Positions 1 to 12,030 of a DNA stretch of 64,000 nt are shown one piece after another (the first letter of the stretch is position 1; every line of letters begins with the position of its first letter). The position numbers and the translations under genes are program-made. Below the pieces are notes generated by a model that saw only the letters and a program-made list of their open reading frames with translations, made no database searches and was not told the DNA's origin. The DNA comes from Eledone cirrhosa (Eukaryota), in the NCBI GenBank assembly GCA_964016885.1, contig OZ024745.1:124124001-124188000 (forward strand). The letters are read 5' to 3'.

Positions 1-285
1 CCACTACAATCACCAACACCACAACCACCACCACCATCACCACTATCACCACCATCACCACTACCACCACCACCATCACCACCACGCACCACCACCACCA
101 CTACCATCACTACTACCACTGCCACCACCATCACCACCATCACCACCACCACCACTACCACCACCATCACCACCACCACCACTACCACCACCACCACTAC
201 CACCACCACCACCATCACCACCATCACCCCCTACCCCCCACTACCACCACCACCATCACCACTACCACCACCACCACCACCACAC
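1..285. repeat. (CAC/ACC)n trinucleotide microsatellite
   Basis: Imperfect CACCAC/CATCAC/CTACCAC runs. Confidence 0.95.
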
Positions 286-1029
286 ATCCCTCTTCTTCTT
301 CTTCCCCTCCTCCTCACCCCCCATCTTCTCCTGCTTCTCATTATCATCATTAATCTCATTATAATCATTTATCTGTTGATTCTCATTATAGCCCCATTGT
401 TTTTGCAATTTTTCATCCATATTTATTCTTTGCATGAATTAATTAGTGAGCCACCAAATTTTCTCTACACTTGTTAACCACACACCAAGGTTGTTACACT
501 CAAAATATTAAAATAGCAGCTAAACCAGCCAAACCCAGAGGGGGTTTGGCTATATGGGCATTTGGGCAGTGACCCATGGAAAGCTGGGTTAAGTAGAAGA
601 AACAGCTGAAAAAAAAACTGAAGTCATAACTGCTGTATGATGATTTGAAATGCAAATGGAATGTACATAAGCTGAACTGTGTAAACACAAACCTCTGGCC
701 CTCAACAGTCTGCAATCTGTTAGTCAGTGTTGTCTGGATGCCTGAGCTGGTTTTAAGACCCAGTTCAGTTCTGGGCAAAGATCATCAAAATTACACACTG
801 CCATAGTGAATAAAATACCAAGCTGCCCTATTCTCCACTGCCAGAGTAAGAAAAAAAAACCAAAACTGAGCCACTCTATTCTCCATTTATTTGTTAACCA
901 CAAGCCAATGTGTGCGCCTTTTTCTGCATAGTTATTACACAAAATGCTAGAAATAGCTACCAAATCTCACTAAAACCACCCACTACTATAGTAAAACATA
1001 GGAAGGTCACAGTGAACATAGTAGTTCAG

Positions 1030-1066
1030 GAAGAAGAAGAAGTAGAAGAAGAAGAATCAGCAGCAT

Positions 1067-1108
<42 letters not shown>

Positions 1109-1478
1109 AAGAAGAAGAAGAAGAAGAAAAAGAAAAAGAAAAAGAAGAAGAAGAATCAGCAGTAGTAGTAGAAGAAGAAGAAAAAGAAAAAAGAAGAAGA
1201 ATAAGAAGAATAAGAAGAAGAAAAGAAGAAATAGAAGAATCAGCAGCAGCAGTAGTAGTAGTAGTAGTAGAAGAAGAAGAAGAAGAAGAAGAAGAAGAAG
1301 AAGAAAAAGAAGAAGTAGAAGAAGAAAAAGAAGAAGCAGTAGTAGTAGTTGTAGAAGAAGAAGAAGAAGAAGAAGAAGAAGAAGAAATAGAAGAAGAATC
1401 AGCAGCAGTAGTAGTAGTAGTAGTAGTAGAAGTAGAAGAAGAAGAATTATCAGTAATAGACCAACAACAACAACAAAG
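1030..1478. repeat. compound (GAA)n/(GTA)n microsatellite
   Basis: Alternating GAA and GTA blocks; explains the poly-E/V and poly-L ORFs. Confidence 0.95.
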
Positions 1479-1941
1479 ATGACAGCTATGACCATCAATG
1501 TAATAAGTTCTATGTGGTGCAGGTGTTTAAGTTTTCCTTTTATAGCTTTGTACAAAATCAAACACTAATCACACTATCACTTTTTATTTTTCAGATTCTA
1601 ATTTGAATTTCCTCATAAAACATTTTTATGGACATACAACCAGCAGCTGGTCTTATTACATGACATTTTGCATCTCTTATATTCTCCATTATAAAATATT
1701 TAACAATTGCAGTGTGATATATATATTCATTCTATGCTATAAAACACATTTGTTGTAATATTCACTCCTACTTTATTTTCATTTTATATTAATGTTATAA
1801 GGTACAACATTCTTTTTCAAATGATAGTCTGAATCTCTTTTTCCCCACCACAACCTACCAGAATGATCAATTCAAGTAAGGAGGTGACTCTATGTTATTA
1901 GATTTAATTTTCAACATTTGAGCTTTCATATTATTATAGTT

Positions 1942-2250
1942 GGCGGTGAATTGACAGAGTCGTTAAGACGTCAGATAGAATACTTTACGGTATTCGTCCC
2001 ACCCCATTGCATGCTCTGAGTTCAAATCCCACCGTGGTCAACTTTGCCTTTTATCCTTTCAAGGTCGATGAAAAAAAACTACCAGTCCAGTACTGGGGTC
2101 AATTCTTCCTCTATAGAAAAAATCAGCTGTGTTCAGACCTGGAGAGGGTTGGGTTCCACCAGGTTTAAATGTTTAAATGTGCCCTAGACACACCATATGT
2201 CGGTGCCTCTATGACTCCACAAGGGGTTATGGGATCTTTATCCTTATTTT
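1942..2250 (+). mobile_element. tRNA-derived SINE, family M (Meta/Sauria-like core)
   Basis: Head GGCGGTGAATTGACAGAG, B-box-like GAGTTCAAATCC, core ACTTTGCCTTTTATCCTTTCAAGGTCGAT..TACCAG shared with many copies in the window. Confidence 0.8.
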
Positions 2251-2649
2251 CTATTATTATAGTGGAGTTTTCAGGAGAGTGTTTCTGAATAACTTCATGT
2301 TATGTTTCTAATGAATTACTATATAGTCAAGTAAAATGGATAATTTTGCATGGGTCTGGAACTAAGGATTCTGAAAAATTGGTGTTGTATCCATTTGATA
2401 TCATACTATAAATGCACAGCCATATGTTTTTGTGAATGTGTCTGTGTTTATATATTGTTTTTTTTTTTTTATAGAAGAGTTTTTGTCTCATGTATATGAA
2501 AACCTACTCTTTGTATAAAAATGTGTCTGCATCTGTGGTTAGGTTTTCTAGTGTTAAATTGTGCCTCCTTATGCCAACCATTTAATATATAGATGGACCC
2601 AACCTCTCATGGACATAGCCCAAAGCTGAGACATATATACAGTCTGCCT

Positions 2650-2853
2650 TGCCCTCCCACTGTATAGTGGTCGTGTAAGTATCACGATGAAAAGCACCCA
2701 GCCCACACTGTAAAGTGGCATACAGCTGTAGAAACCAAGCCAAAATCCGTTCTGTATGAGGAAGACATGGTCACTTGACCTAGTATTGCCCACAACAGGA
2801 AAACTCATCTAACCCATGCTAGCATGAAAAAATGGATGTAAAACGGTGATGAT
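2650..2853 (+). mobile_element. RTE 3'UTR / SINE tail fragment
   Basis: AAAGCACCCAGCCCACACTGTAAAGTGG ... AACCCATGCTAGCATG..GGATGTAAAACGGTGATGAT, matching the 3' end of the RTE copy at 61915-63127. Confidence 0.75.
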
Positions 2854-2959
2854 ATTAATAAGATATGTACCAAACTGAAATAATTACTGGGTACTTTATT
2901 CACTGTTTGAAGGTAGTCATATTAATCTGCATCAAGTATTTCTATTAAACATTATTAAA

Positions 2960-3180
2960 CCCTTTAGCATTTACATTACTCTCTATATACAATTGTAATT
3001 TCTCAGTAAACACTTTACCTCACATAATTATCTCACATAATATCGAATCTGTGAGATTTTGATATTATTTATTTTGAGAACAATACCTTAACATCAGTAT
3101 GAGCAGCCGGTTACGGCTGGTTTGAACAGAAAGAGGTGAGAGAATTCTGGCCAGATATAGCCAGTTTAAATGCTAAAGGG
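2960..3180. mobile_element. piggyBac-type MITE (~220 bp), family P
   Basis: TIR CCCTTTAGCATT ... AATGCTAAAGGG with TTAA flanks; about 10 copies in the window. Confidence 0.85.
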
Positions 3181-3504
3181 TTAATGGTGACTACCATTGC
3201 CCAGTGGTAAAACATCTGAAACTAAAGTAACATACGCTATACCAGTAGATGAAAGTATCGATACAAACAGCTGTAGTGAAGGTTAATCTTAAAAGGATAT
3301 ATCAAAACCCCTCAGGGCCTTTGGACATTACTAAGTAGTTTATCTTCATAGAATGATACAAAGATTGATGAGATGATGGGTTGATACACGAAAATGGCTT
3401 TTCAATTCTATCTTGAACTGCTCCAAACTCTTGCAACTATAAACTGTGCCACGAGGTATCTGTCAACATAGAAAATGTCTTTATTGTAGATAGTTTTGAA
3501 ATAT

Positions 3505-3702
3505 TATTTTAACTATTGTATTTTCATGGTAAATGCTTTACCTCACATAATTATCTCACATAATATCGAATCTATGAGATTTTGATATTTATTTTGAGAA
3601 CAATATCTTAACATCAGTATGAGTGGCCAGTTACAGCTGGTTTAAATAGAAAGAGGTGAGAGAATTCTGGCCAGATATGGCCTGTTCAAATGCTAAAGGT
3701 TC
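3505..3702. mobile_element. piggyBac-type MITE family P, degenerate copy
   Basis: Same internal sequence (CACATAATTATCTCACATAATATCGAATC) ending AATGCTAAAGGT. Confidence 0.75.
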
Positions 3703-3851
3703 AAACTGACAATGGCAGTTATTTTTGATTTCTTTGTTGACAGACAGTGAATGTAATGGTCTACAACCTAAGGAAAGTTTAGTGACTGTTCTGATTGAGA
3801 AAAGTAATGTATTTTGCTTCTTCAGTGAAAAACAATTCTAGTACATATCAT

Positions 3852-4040
3852 AATTCTTTCTACATTTGGCACAAAGCCAGCAATTATCCCAGTGTATTAC
3901 TGGTGCTTTATTTTATTGACCCCGTAAGGATGAAAGGCAAAGTTAACCTCGGCGGGATTTGAACCCAGACCGTAAAGGGACGTAACTCTATGCCGAAAAG
4001 CATGGCGTCCGACCCTCTACCAATACTGCCAATCCGCTGC
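3852..4040 (-). mobile_element. SINE family M
   Basis: Reverse complement of the core (GGATGAAAGGCAAAGTTAACCTCGGCGGGATTTGAAC) and of the head. Confidence 0.85.
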
Positions 4041-4434
4041 TCTCTATAACATATAATAACAGCTGGATATAATCTATGGACTTCACAACAATTTGACCAT
4101 ATTTCGTGGGGACAAGCTAAATTTATTATAGACTGGTTGGATATAGAGTCCTGATCAAGACGTTTAATATTCCTAAGTAGAATAGTGTTATTGTAATCGA
4201 GTGCTCATATTTGCACCACCACAAATAATTCACTGAATCACTTACAGTATGTTTCTATTTGAGAGGTTATTTTAGTACTATAAAATACTCTAAAAAAATA
4301 CTTTTAAAAATGCATGGTTTTCAACATACATTATCAGAAGTAGACACCTTCTCCTCAGATACAGCACTTTCATCTATTATGTGTGACAACTTGAGCCTTT
4401 GCATAGTTCTGTGGAAAACATTCCAATGTTGCTA

Positions 4435-4620
4435 CAGTATGATGTGCACTTCTAAATTTGGCTTATGTCTACAGTTGTCTTTCTTGCAGCTGTAATTGAT
4501 GAGTTCCAAAATGTCAACTGGAACCAGTGAGAGATTGCACTAGTCAACACTTTTCAGAACCATCAATAGCCAATTTCTATCTCATTTCATTTAGGTGGAG
4601 AAGAAAGTTTTAGTTTCTGC
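4435..4620 (-). mobile_element. possible Academ-type transposase C-terminal Cys-rich finger remnant
   Basis: Frameshifted minus-strand translation VPVDILELINYSCKKDNC...KCTSYCS resembles the P-x-x-LLELI-x-C-x-CKK-x-C...CT-x-x-C motif. Confidence 0.3.
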
Positions 4621-4824
4621 TGCAAACAATGGCAAAATACACTTAGTTGATATTTAACAAATTCATGTTCAAGGAAGTGACTTAATTACATAGACCAATA
4701 CAAACATGCTATTGGCTGTGCAACAATATGTCAGTCTACATCAAGAAAATCAAACCCCATCTTCATTGTTTTCAGCAACAGTTTCACCCTAGCTGCAAAT
4801 ACATATGAACAACATTATTGTGAA

Positions 4825-5040
4825 GGCAGTAGATTGGCAGTATGGGTAGAGCATCAGGCATCATACTTTGCAGTATGGAGTTATGGCCCTTTAATGTTCT
4901 GTGTTCAAATCACGCTGAAATTTGCCTACCATCCTTACAGGGTCAAATTTGCCTACCATCCTTACAGGGTCAAAACAATAAAGTACCAGTAATGCACTAG
5001 GGTAATTGCTGGCTTTGTGCCTAAAGTAGAAACAATATTA
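4825..5040 (+). mobile_element. SINE family M with internal 27-bp tandem duplication
   Basis: Head GGCAGTAGATTGGCAG; AAATTTGCCTACCATCCTTACAGGGTC occurs twice. Confidence 0.85.
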
Positions 5041-5046
5041 CATGGA

Positions 5047-5533
5047 CTAGCAGAGAAACCACCCTTCGGGTGATTTTCTGCTAGCATGTGTAGTGTGTAT
5101 ATTGATATTATACGCAGGTATATATACATGTAGATATGGTACATCAAATAAAATCGTAATTGACAATATACACAGAAATTGAACGAAGACTGCGTTACAC
5201 TCTCTTATGTAATCAGTAACGTAATCCATGATACATTAAAAAAGACGATATTATATATAAACTGCATTAGGAGAAAATTAGTGATGGAAATATATGAATG
5301 TTTATTTAAGCAATTGCTAACCGGAAGTGTTGACATTTGAAAATTTTAAAGAAGTGAATCTTAAAATAAGCAACAAAATTATTTATATGTAATCAAGAAT
5401 AACGAAAGTGAGTAGATAAATTAAGTAATATTCATTCATTATTCATTCAAAGTAATCCAACTTATTTTATAAACGGGATAAAAAAATATATTCTGGATGC
5501 AGTCCCGCACTCCTTACTTTATTATAGTTTAGA
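5047..5533 (-). mobile_element. non-autonomous Helitron
   Basis: Minus strand starts TCTAAACTATAATAAAG and ends with hairpin CACCCGAAGGGTG + GTTTCTCTG + CTAG; inserted between A and T with no TSD; homologous copy at 54694-55090. Confidence 0.8.
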
Positions 5534-5717
5534 TTGGCAGTATCGGTAGAGCATCAGACACCATGCTTTGCAGTATGGAGTTATGGCCCTTTATGTTCTG
5601 AGTTCAAATTGAGTCGAGGTTAACTTTGCCTTTCATCCTTACGGGGTCGATAACATAAAGCACCAGTAATGCAGTTGGATAATTGCTGGTCTTATGGCAA
5701 AAGTAGAAACAATTATT
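5534..5717 (+). mobile_element. SINE family M (head split by the Helitron)
   Basis: TGGA|TTGGCAGTATCGGTAGAG is restored when 5047-5533 is removed; core and tail present. Confidence 0.85.
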
Positions 5718-6133
5718 ATGAAGTCGACAACTGTATGAAATAAATTGCCTCCACACAAATTGCATGAAAATCAGAGACTAAGAATATAAATGGCATATGC
5801 CAGAAATTCTATTTTCAACTGATATATTTAGAAATCTTTGATCATGTCTTTGGCGATAAGTATTTTCATTTGCTCATCACAAGAAGTTGCAATATAATAT
5901 AAAAAAGGAAACTAAAAGAGCTGATCATCAGATTGGACTATGGAAACAAGTTTTCCATTAATCTTTCCATTGCTAATACTATCTACTGATTGCAATTCTT
6001 GGCAGATGCATCATCACTTTTCAATTGATAGGGGGTTCGATTTGAACCTATAAACAGCGGTTGGGATTTGCTTTTATTTTAATAACAAAAGAGTATTTTT
6101 CATTTGAAATACTGGTAGCTAATTACTTTACAT

Positions 6134-7715
6134 CAGTGATTCCCAACATGAGGTGCACACCCTACAGGGGGACAATTTCAAATACTTAAAGGGGTGATTT
6201 GAAAATAATGTTAATGAGAACAAACTTCAGGTTTTACCTTATTAATTTCACATTAAGGCAACATTAGTATGTATTACTGTCAGAAACTCCTGTCTCACCT
6301 CCTCCACCACACATGTTACTGTGTATCTGGCACCACCTATATGGTACACATTACTGTCAGAAACTCCTGTCTCACCTCCTCCACACATGTTACTGTGTAT
6401 CTGGCACCACCTATATGGTACACATTACTGTCAGAAACTCCTGTCTCACCTCCTCTACCACATGTTATTGTGTATCTGGCACCACCTATATGGTACACAT
6501 TACTGTCAGAAACTCCTGTCTCACCTCCTCTACCACATGTTACTGTGTATCTGGCACCACTGATATGGTACATATTACTGTCAGAAACTCCTGTCTCACC
6601 TCTACCACATGTTACTGTGTATCTGGCACCACCTATATGGTACACATTACTGTCAGAAACTCCTGTCTCACCTCCTCCACACATGTTACTGTGTATCTGG
6701 CACCACCTATATGGTACACATTACTGTCAGAAACTCATGTCTCACCTCCTCCACATGTTACTGTGTATCTGGCACCACCTATATGGTACACATTACTGTC
6801 AGAACCTCCTGTCCCACCTCCTCCACACATGTTACTGTGTATCTGGCACCACCTATATGGCACACATTACTGTCAGAACCTCCTGTCTCACCTCCTCCAC
6901 ACATGTTACTGTGTATCTGGCACCACCTATATGGTACACATTACTGTCAGAAACTCCTGTCTCACCTCCTCCACATGTTACTGTGTATCTGGCACCACCT
7001 ATATGGTACACATTACTGTCAGAACCTCCTGTCCCACCTCCTCCACACATGTTACTGTGTATCTGGCACCACCTATATGGCACACATTACTGTCAGAACC
7101 TCCTGTCTCACCTCCTCCACACATGTTACTGTGTATCTGGCACCACCTATATGGTACACATTACTGTCAGAAACTCCTGTCTCACCTCCTCCACATGTTA
7201 CTGTGTATCTGGCACCACTGATATGGTACACATTACTGTCAGAAACTCCTGTCTCACCTCTACACATGTTACTGTGTATCTGGCACCACCTATATGGTAC
7301 ACATTACTGTCAGAAACTCCTGTCTCACCTCTACCACATGTTACTGTGTATCTGGCACCACTTATATGGTACACATTACTGTCAGAAACTCCTGTCTCAC
7401 CTCTACACATGTTATTGTGTATCTGGCACCACCTATATGGTACACATTACTGTCAGAAACTCCTGTCTCACCTCCCCCACACATGTTACTGTGTATCTGG
7501 CACCACCTATATGGTACACATCACTGTCAGAAACTCCTGTCTCACCTCCTCCACACATGTTACTGTGTATCTGGCACCACCTATATACCAATTTGTTTAT
7601 ACTTTACAGTTGATCAGTGCTGTTTTCATATAAATTTTTTTGGGGGGAATGCGGGCAATAACAACTTTTGAGATGTTGAGGTGGGGTGTGGTGCACAAAA
7701 GGTTGGGAACCACTG
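6134..7715 (+). mobile_element. hAT (Charlie-like) MITE carrying an expanded internal tandem array
   Basis: TIRs CAGTGATTCCCAAC / GTTGGGAACCACTG; perfect 8-bp TSD CTTTACAT (6126-6133, 7716-7723). Confidence 0.9.
6273..7587. repeat. minisatellite, 72-75-bp unit, ~18 copies
   Basis: Unit TTACTGTCAGAAACTCCTGTCTCACCTCCTCCACACATGTTACTGTGTATCTGGCACCACCTATATGGTACACA. Confidence 0.97.
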
Positions 7716-8139
7716 CTTTACATATGTTTTCCTTCTATATTTCAGAAATCTCTCCTTTTCTCTCTCTCTCATCTCTTTTTCCAGCTGCCCATCTATCTCT
7801 CTTTTTCTCATCTTTGATTCTGTCTCTCTCTATTTCTTGAAATGTGACTGCTTGTTTGTCAGTCTTTTAGTTTCTCCTTATTTCTCTCTCTCTGTCTCTG
7901 AACAGGGAGAGAGATTCCCACAAATGAAGCACAAGTTTATAGATAGTTTCTTTTCTTAATTCTTTTATTCTTTTACTGGTTTTAGTGATTAGACTGCAGC
8001 TATGCTGAGGTACCACCTTCAAGAGATTTAGTGGTGCAATACTTACATCTAGCACTTTATCTTATTGATCCCATTTTGTCGACTCTCTAAGTTAAGGGAC
8101 GTAATCAAACAACAGATGTAAACACACACACACACACAT

Positions 8140-8183
<44 letters not shown>

Positions 8184-8714
8184 CCATTGTTTTTATATCT
8201 GTTTTTCCTTATAAAAACGATGATGATGATGATATATATATAAGTGTGTGTGTGCCTATGCATGTGAATCCTGTGTCTGAATCTCCCTCCTCTATGCCCA
8301 AACATACCAGCATGCTCCCCACAAATACTCTCAGACTTCACTCACTTAACCTAAGTAACCGGCAGCCCCATCCCTCACAACTCCCTATCACTCTTCTCTT
8401 CCCAGCCTGGCCAAGGATGTCAGTGCACTAGTGTTACCAGAATAAAATAAAGTCAGTGCTCACCCAGCACTGGAATGTGGAAGTGTTGGTGCCACAATAA
8501 AATGTACCCAGCTCACACTGCAAAGTGGTAGTGATGGGACCAAGGATAAATAATGCAGTTCACCTTGTCAAGTGGTAGTAGTGATACTAAAAACAAACCC
8601 AGTACATGGTGTCAAGGAATATGGTGTTAGGAAGGACAGGCAGCTGTTGAAACCATGCCAAAATGGAATGCATGAGCAAAACACAGTAAAGTATAAATTG
8701 TGTTTACAGGTTTC

Positions 8715-9143
8715 TGACTTATGGTCAGGAATTTTGGGTAACCACTGAAATAATATGATTGCAAATACAAGCGGCCAAAATGGGATTCCTCGGAAGGTTA
8801 CTCAATAAAGTGTGTAGCTTGGAGACCAGAGAGTCACTCCAGGTTGAGCCACTACTTCTCCGAATTGGGAGATCACAGCTTTGATACTATGGTATTGTGG
8901 TTAGAATGTCTCTGGAAAGAATCACTGGACATATTTTATGGGCAAAAACAACTGGCAGGAAACACAGGGGTAGATTCCAAGCAAGGTGGTTGGATAATAT
9001 CTATGATCTTGGCTGGTCTTGCTTCAAGATCCATCCGGATCAGTTATGGATGGTTGCTTCTGACAGGACATGCTGGAAGGAGTGTTTGGGGACTCTGCCC
9101 CCATGACTCTCTCAGGAATAAGTGGACAAAAAAGAAAAAGAAG
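8715..9143 (+). mobile_element. RTE-clade LINE 3' fragment (family C)
   Basis: Degenerate LTYGQEFWV..IQAAKMGFLG..VRMSLERI..TGRKHRGRFQARWLDNI; other copies at 27105-27585 and 38364-38570. Confidence 0.75.
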
Positions 9144-9232
9144 GGAGGTTTCTGATTTGTATATAATTAGACTTTGTTGTTTGTTTATTTTATATTGTTT
9201 TTACTGATTTATTTATTTATTTTTGTACACAG

Positions 9233-9300
9233 CTGGGGTTAATGGGAGGTGCCAAGAATTCTATGAAGAAATAGATGGTCTGAACTGTTTGGGGTGCTAG
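9233..9300 (+). CDS. candidate terminal coding exon, product unknown
   Basis: Branch-like CTGAT, T-rich tract and ACAG acceptor; short open frames (GVNGRCQEFYEEIDGLNCLGC* or LGLMGGAKNSMKK*); AATAAA shortly downstream. Confidence 0.25.
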
Positions 9301-11441
9301 CTGATAAATAGCCCCTCATGAATATAATAAAAAAGAAAATGGAGTACAATAAACCATTTATGACAAGGAGATGTTATGTTAAGGCTAAAATAGAAAGCTA
9401 ACTACTAGTCAAACAAGAAAGAAAGAAACAAGATTGGTCAGGACTGTTAGCAAAAGAGAAAAGAGACTTGCTTATGCCAACTGAAAATGCTGGAAATCAA
9501 AGAGAGTGAAAAATATCCAATCCATTTTTTTATATTGGTTGGCCAAATCTCTTGATTGGTTGAAACAAGTCACATGACAATTGCAAAACCAAAATACCAT
9601 TTGCATGAGTATTTATCACAAATAGGTGACACTAATATAAACATTAGTATAACAGTGTATATGTGTTTATATTGCCTTTAATTACTTTACCAAGATGTGA
9701 TTATGATTATTCTATTTTCTATGCAGAATCTGTGATCAAATTGCTTGCTAAACAAATAAAACTGAAGAATTTATCATTAATTTTGCTCTAAAATAACTAG
9801 GTTAAAAGGTTAGAAGGAGCTTGCAGATCAGACAGCTGAAGGCTTATAAGCTTTATTATCCTTCAGTGCAATTAGGTTTATATGTACTGTCTAACAGATT
9901 GCTTAGATTAGAAATGTGTTAATATCTGGAAATAATCAGTCTGGCAGTGTAATGAAATAGGTGGTTATATACATAGATTTGTACAATCAAATTACTTGCT
10001 GAATGAGACACAAACAAAGTTGAAATTAAGAATCTGCTCTCATATAAATCCATATGATTACTTTAGAAGTTTAAATTTGAGCCTTATATTTGTTCAGCAT
10101 TCATTCTTATACAAAGTTTATGAAATCCTTTGCTCTCTACTGTATCACGTTATTCTGCTCATAATTTATACAGTATAGTCCAGCTGCAAAGTGACACAAC
10201 AACAGAATGTACGTAGTTACAATAAATGATAAATAGCTGTGAGCTTACTTGCAGCTCATGATAATAGAAAATTAATAATATATCATATGTGTCACTTGAC
10301 ACAAGCATAAGAAGGAGAAATACTTAACTACATAATATAGCACTTGCTAGTGTGATGATGAATATTCTAAATATCAAATATTACAGGGGATATTGACCCC
10401 TTTCATAGATTATATAACTAAAATGTACTTTAACTTATTGGATTGATCTGTTAGAATATTTCATTATAAATCAACAAATTTATTATTCAATATTATTATT
10501 CAATTATGAAATATTACAGTAGAGGAGTTGGCTGAGGTGATAGTGAATTACAATATTACATACAATATCTGTTGAAACATGTTTCAGCCATTACTTCAAA
10601 TGACTACAGGGCCAACTCAGAAGTTGATTGAATATAACCTAGTGTAATTCAATATAATCTGTGTAGTTAAAAATGTTATGTCTGTCTCAGACCAAAGTTC
10701 ATCCTGGTTTTGTTGGCTATAAATGCCTGAGAACACAGAATATTAACAACCAGTTGATACTGATAGTAATTTTTTCAGTTGACTTGCCTGAAACACTATC
10801 AAATAAACTACTTTGCTCACGAGTACCATCCATTGTTCAGTATGTGAATAGAACCCACAACCTTAAGATTGTGAGACCAACACCCTTACTAGTAGGCCAT
10901 AAAAACAGAAAAAATGTCATATATTTTGTACTGAATACTTGGTGTAGCATTTACCACACAGAAAACAAGGCGATAAAGAAGTTTCTACATTGTTGCTCAC
11001 ACTGCTAGAAATAGCAAACAAATCTTCCTAAAATCACATACTAAGTGAATCCAAAACTCAGGCTAAATAAATGATGAAGAAGCAGCTGACTACCATATCC
11101 AACCAAATAAACATTGGTCTTTCTGTTGTTGATACTATCTGTCAATCACCACTCCAGGCTGAAAGAGGGGAAATTTGAACTCAGATTGCAAAGTGCTGGA
11201 TCAAATACTTCAAAGCATTTCATTCAACTTTTAATTCTGCCAATCCACCACCACAGGAAAGTGACTTTATGAATTCTAAAAGGGAGAAGAGCAATGTTGA
11301 TTTGAATGGGATTTGAACACAGAGAACTGGAACAAATGCTGACACTCTAATGATTCATTCAGCTAGTCCTCAAGTTAAATAAGTCAACCATAATAATGCA
11401 CCAAATGTGTCTGTATAATCATATATATATATATATATATG

Positions 11442-11477
<36 letters not shown>

Positions 11478-11524
11478 AACACACTTGGTGTATTATTACT
11501 TTTATGATTTTAATATATATATAT

Positions 11525-11722
11525 ATAGGAACGAGTAGGACCCCGACGGCTGAGCTCAAGCCGTTTCGACGGCTAATTCTGGACTAGTCCAGAATTAGCC
11601 GTCGAAACGGTGTGAGCTCAGCCGTCGGGGTCCTACTCGTTCCTATTACCCACTCTACTACCCTAAGTATTGAGTACTTTGGTGCGTTATGGTCCACCTG
11701 GTTCCTTACCACATTTCCTTCG

Positions 11723-11724
<2 letters not shown>
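11525..11724 (+). mobile_element. Penelope-like fold-back module containing the 3' half of a hammerhead (family H1)
   Basis: 61-bp-arm palindrome centred at 11585/11586; GAAA-stem III-GTC motif; ~80-bp tail; inside (TA)n; copies at 21968-22165 and 35472-35666. Confidence 0.7.
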
Positions 11725-11762
<38 letters not shown>

Positions 11763-11981
11763 TAGGTGATTCAGTGAATTACTGGTGTTGGTACCAAAGC
11801 AAGCACTCTATAACAAAAATATGTATTTTTTGTCACATCACAAGTCTAAAGAGCAGATCAATAGTGGAGTCAGGCCCATACTTCCTATGGGCAATCGTGA
11901 GGAAATCCTCTGCACAGCGTGCGTAACAGGTTGATACACAATAAATATCATATACATGTAAACGAAACCCATTTTTTTCTA

Positions 11982-12014
<33 letters not shown>

Positions 12015-12030
12015 CATATGTATATATATA

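Noticed and set aside
471-902. TTGTTAACCACA direct repeat at ~472 and ~891 around a moderately GC-rich block
   Set aside because: Could be a TSD, but no element signature or convincing ORF lies between the copies.
910-1561. 190-aa poly-E/V and 184-aa poly-L ORFs
   Set aside because: Translations of (GAA)/(GTA) microsatellites.
1942-2060. SINE heads as functional tRNA genes
   Set aside because: A/B-box-like motifs only, no cloverleaf, always followed by the SINE core.
3330-3465. Minus-strand acceptor followed by a 37-codon frame (IPRGTVYSCK..)
   Set aside because: No recognisable protein and no linked exon; chance cannot be excluded.
6269-7633. 454-aa repetitive ORF with Cys/His pattern
   Set aside because: Open in several frames because the 74-bp unit lacks stops; lies inside a MITE; not a zinc-finger gene.
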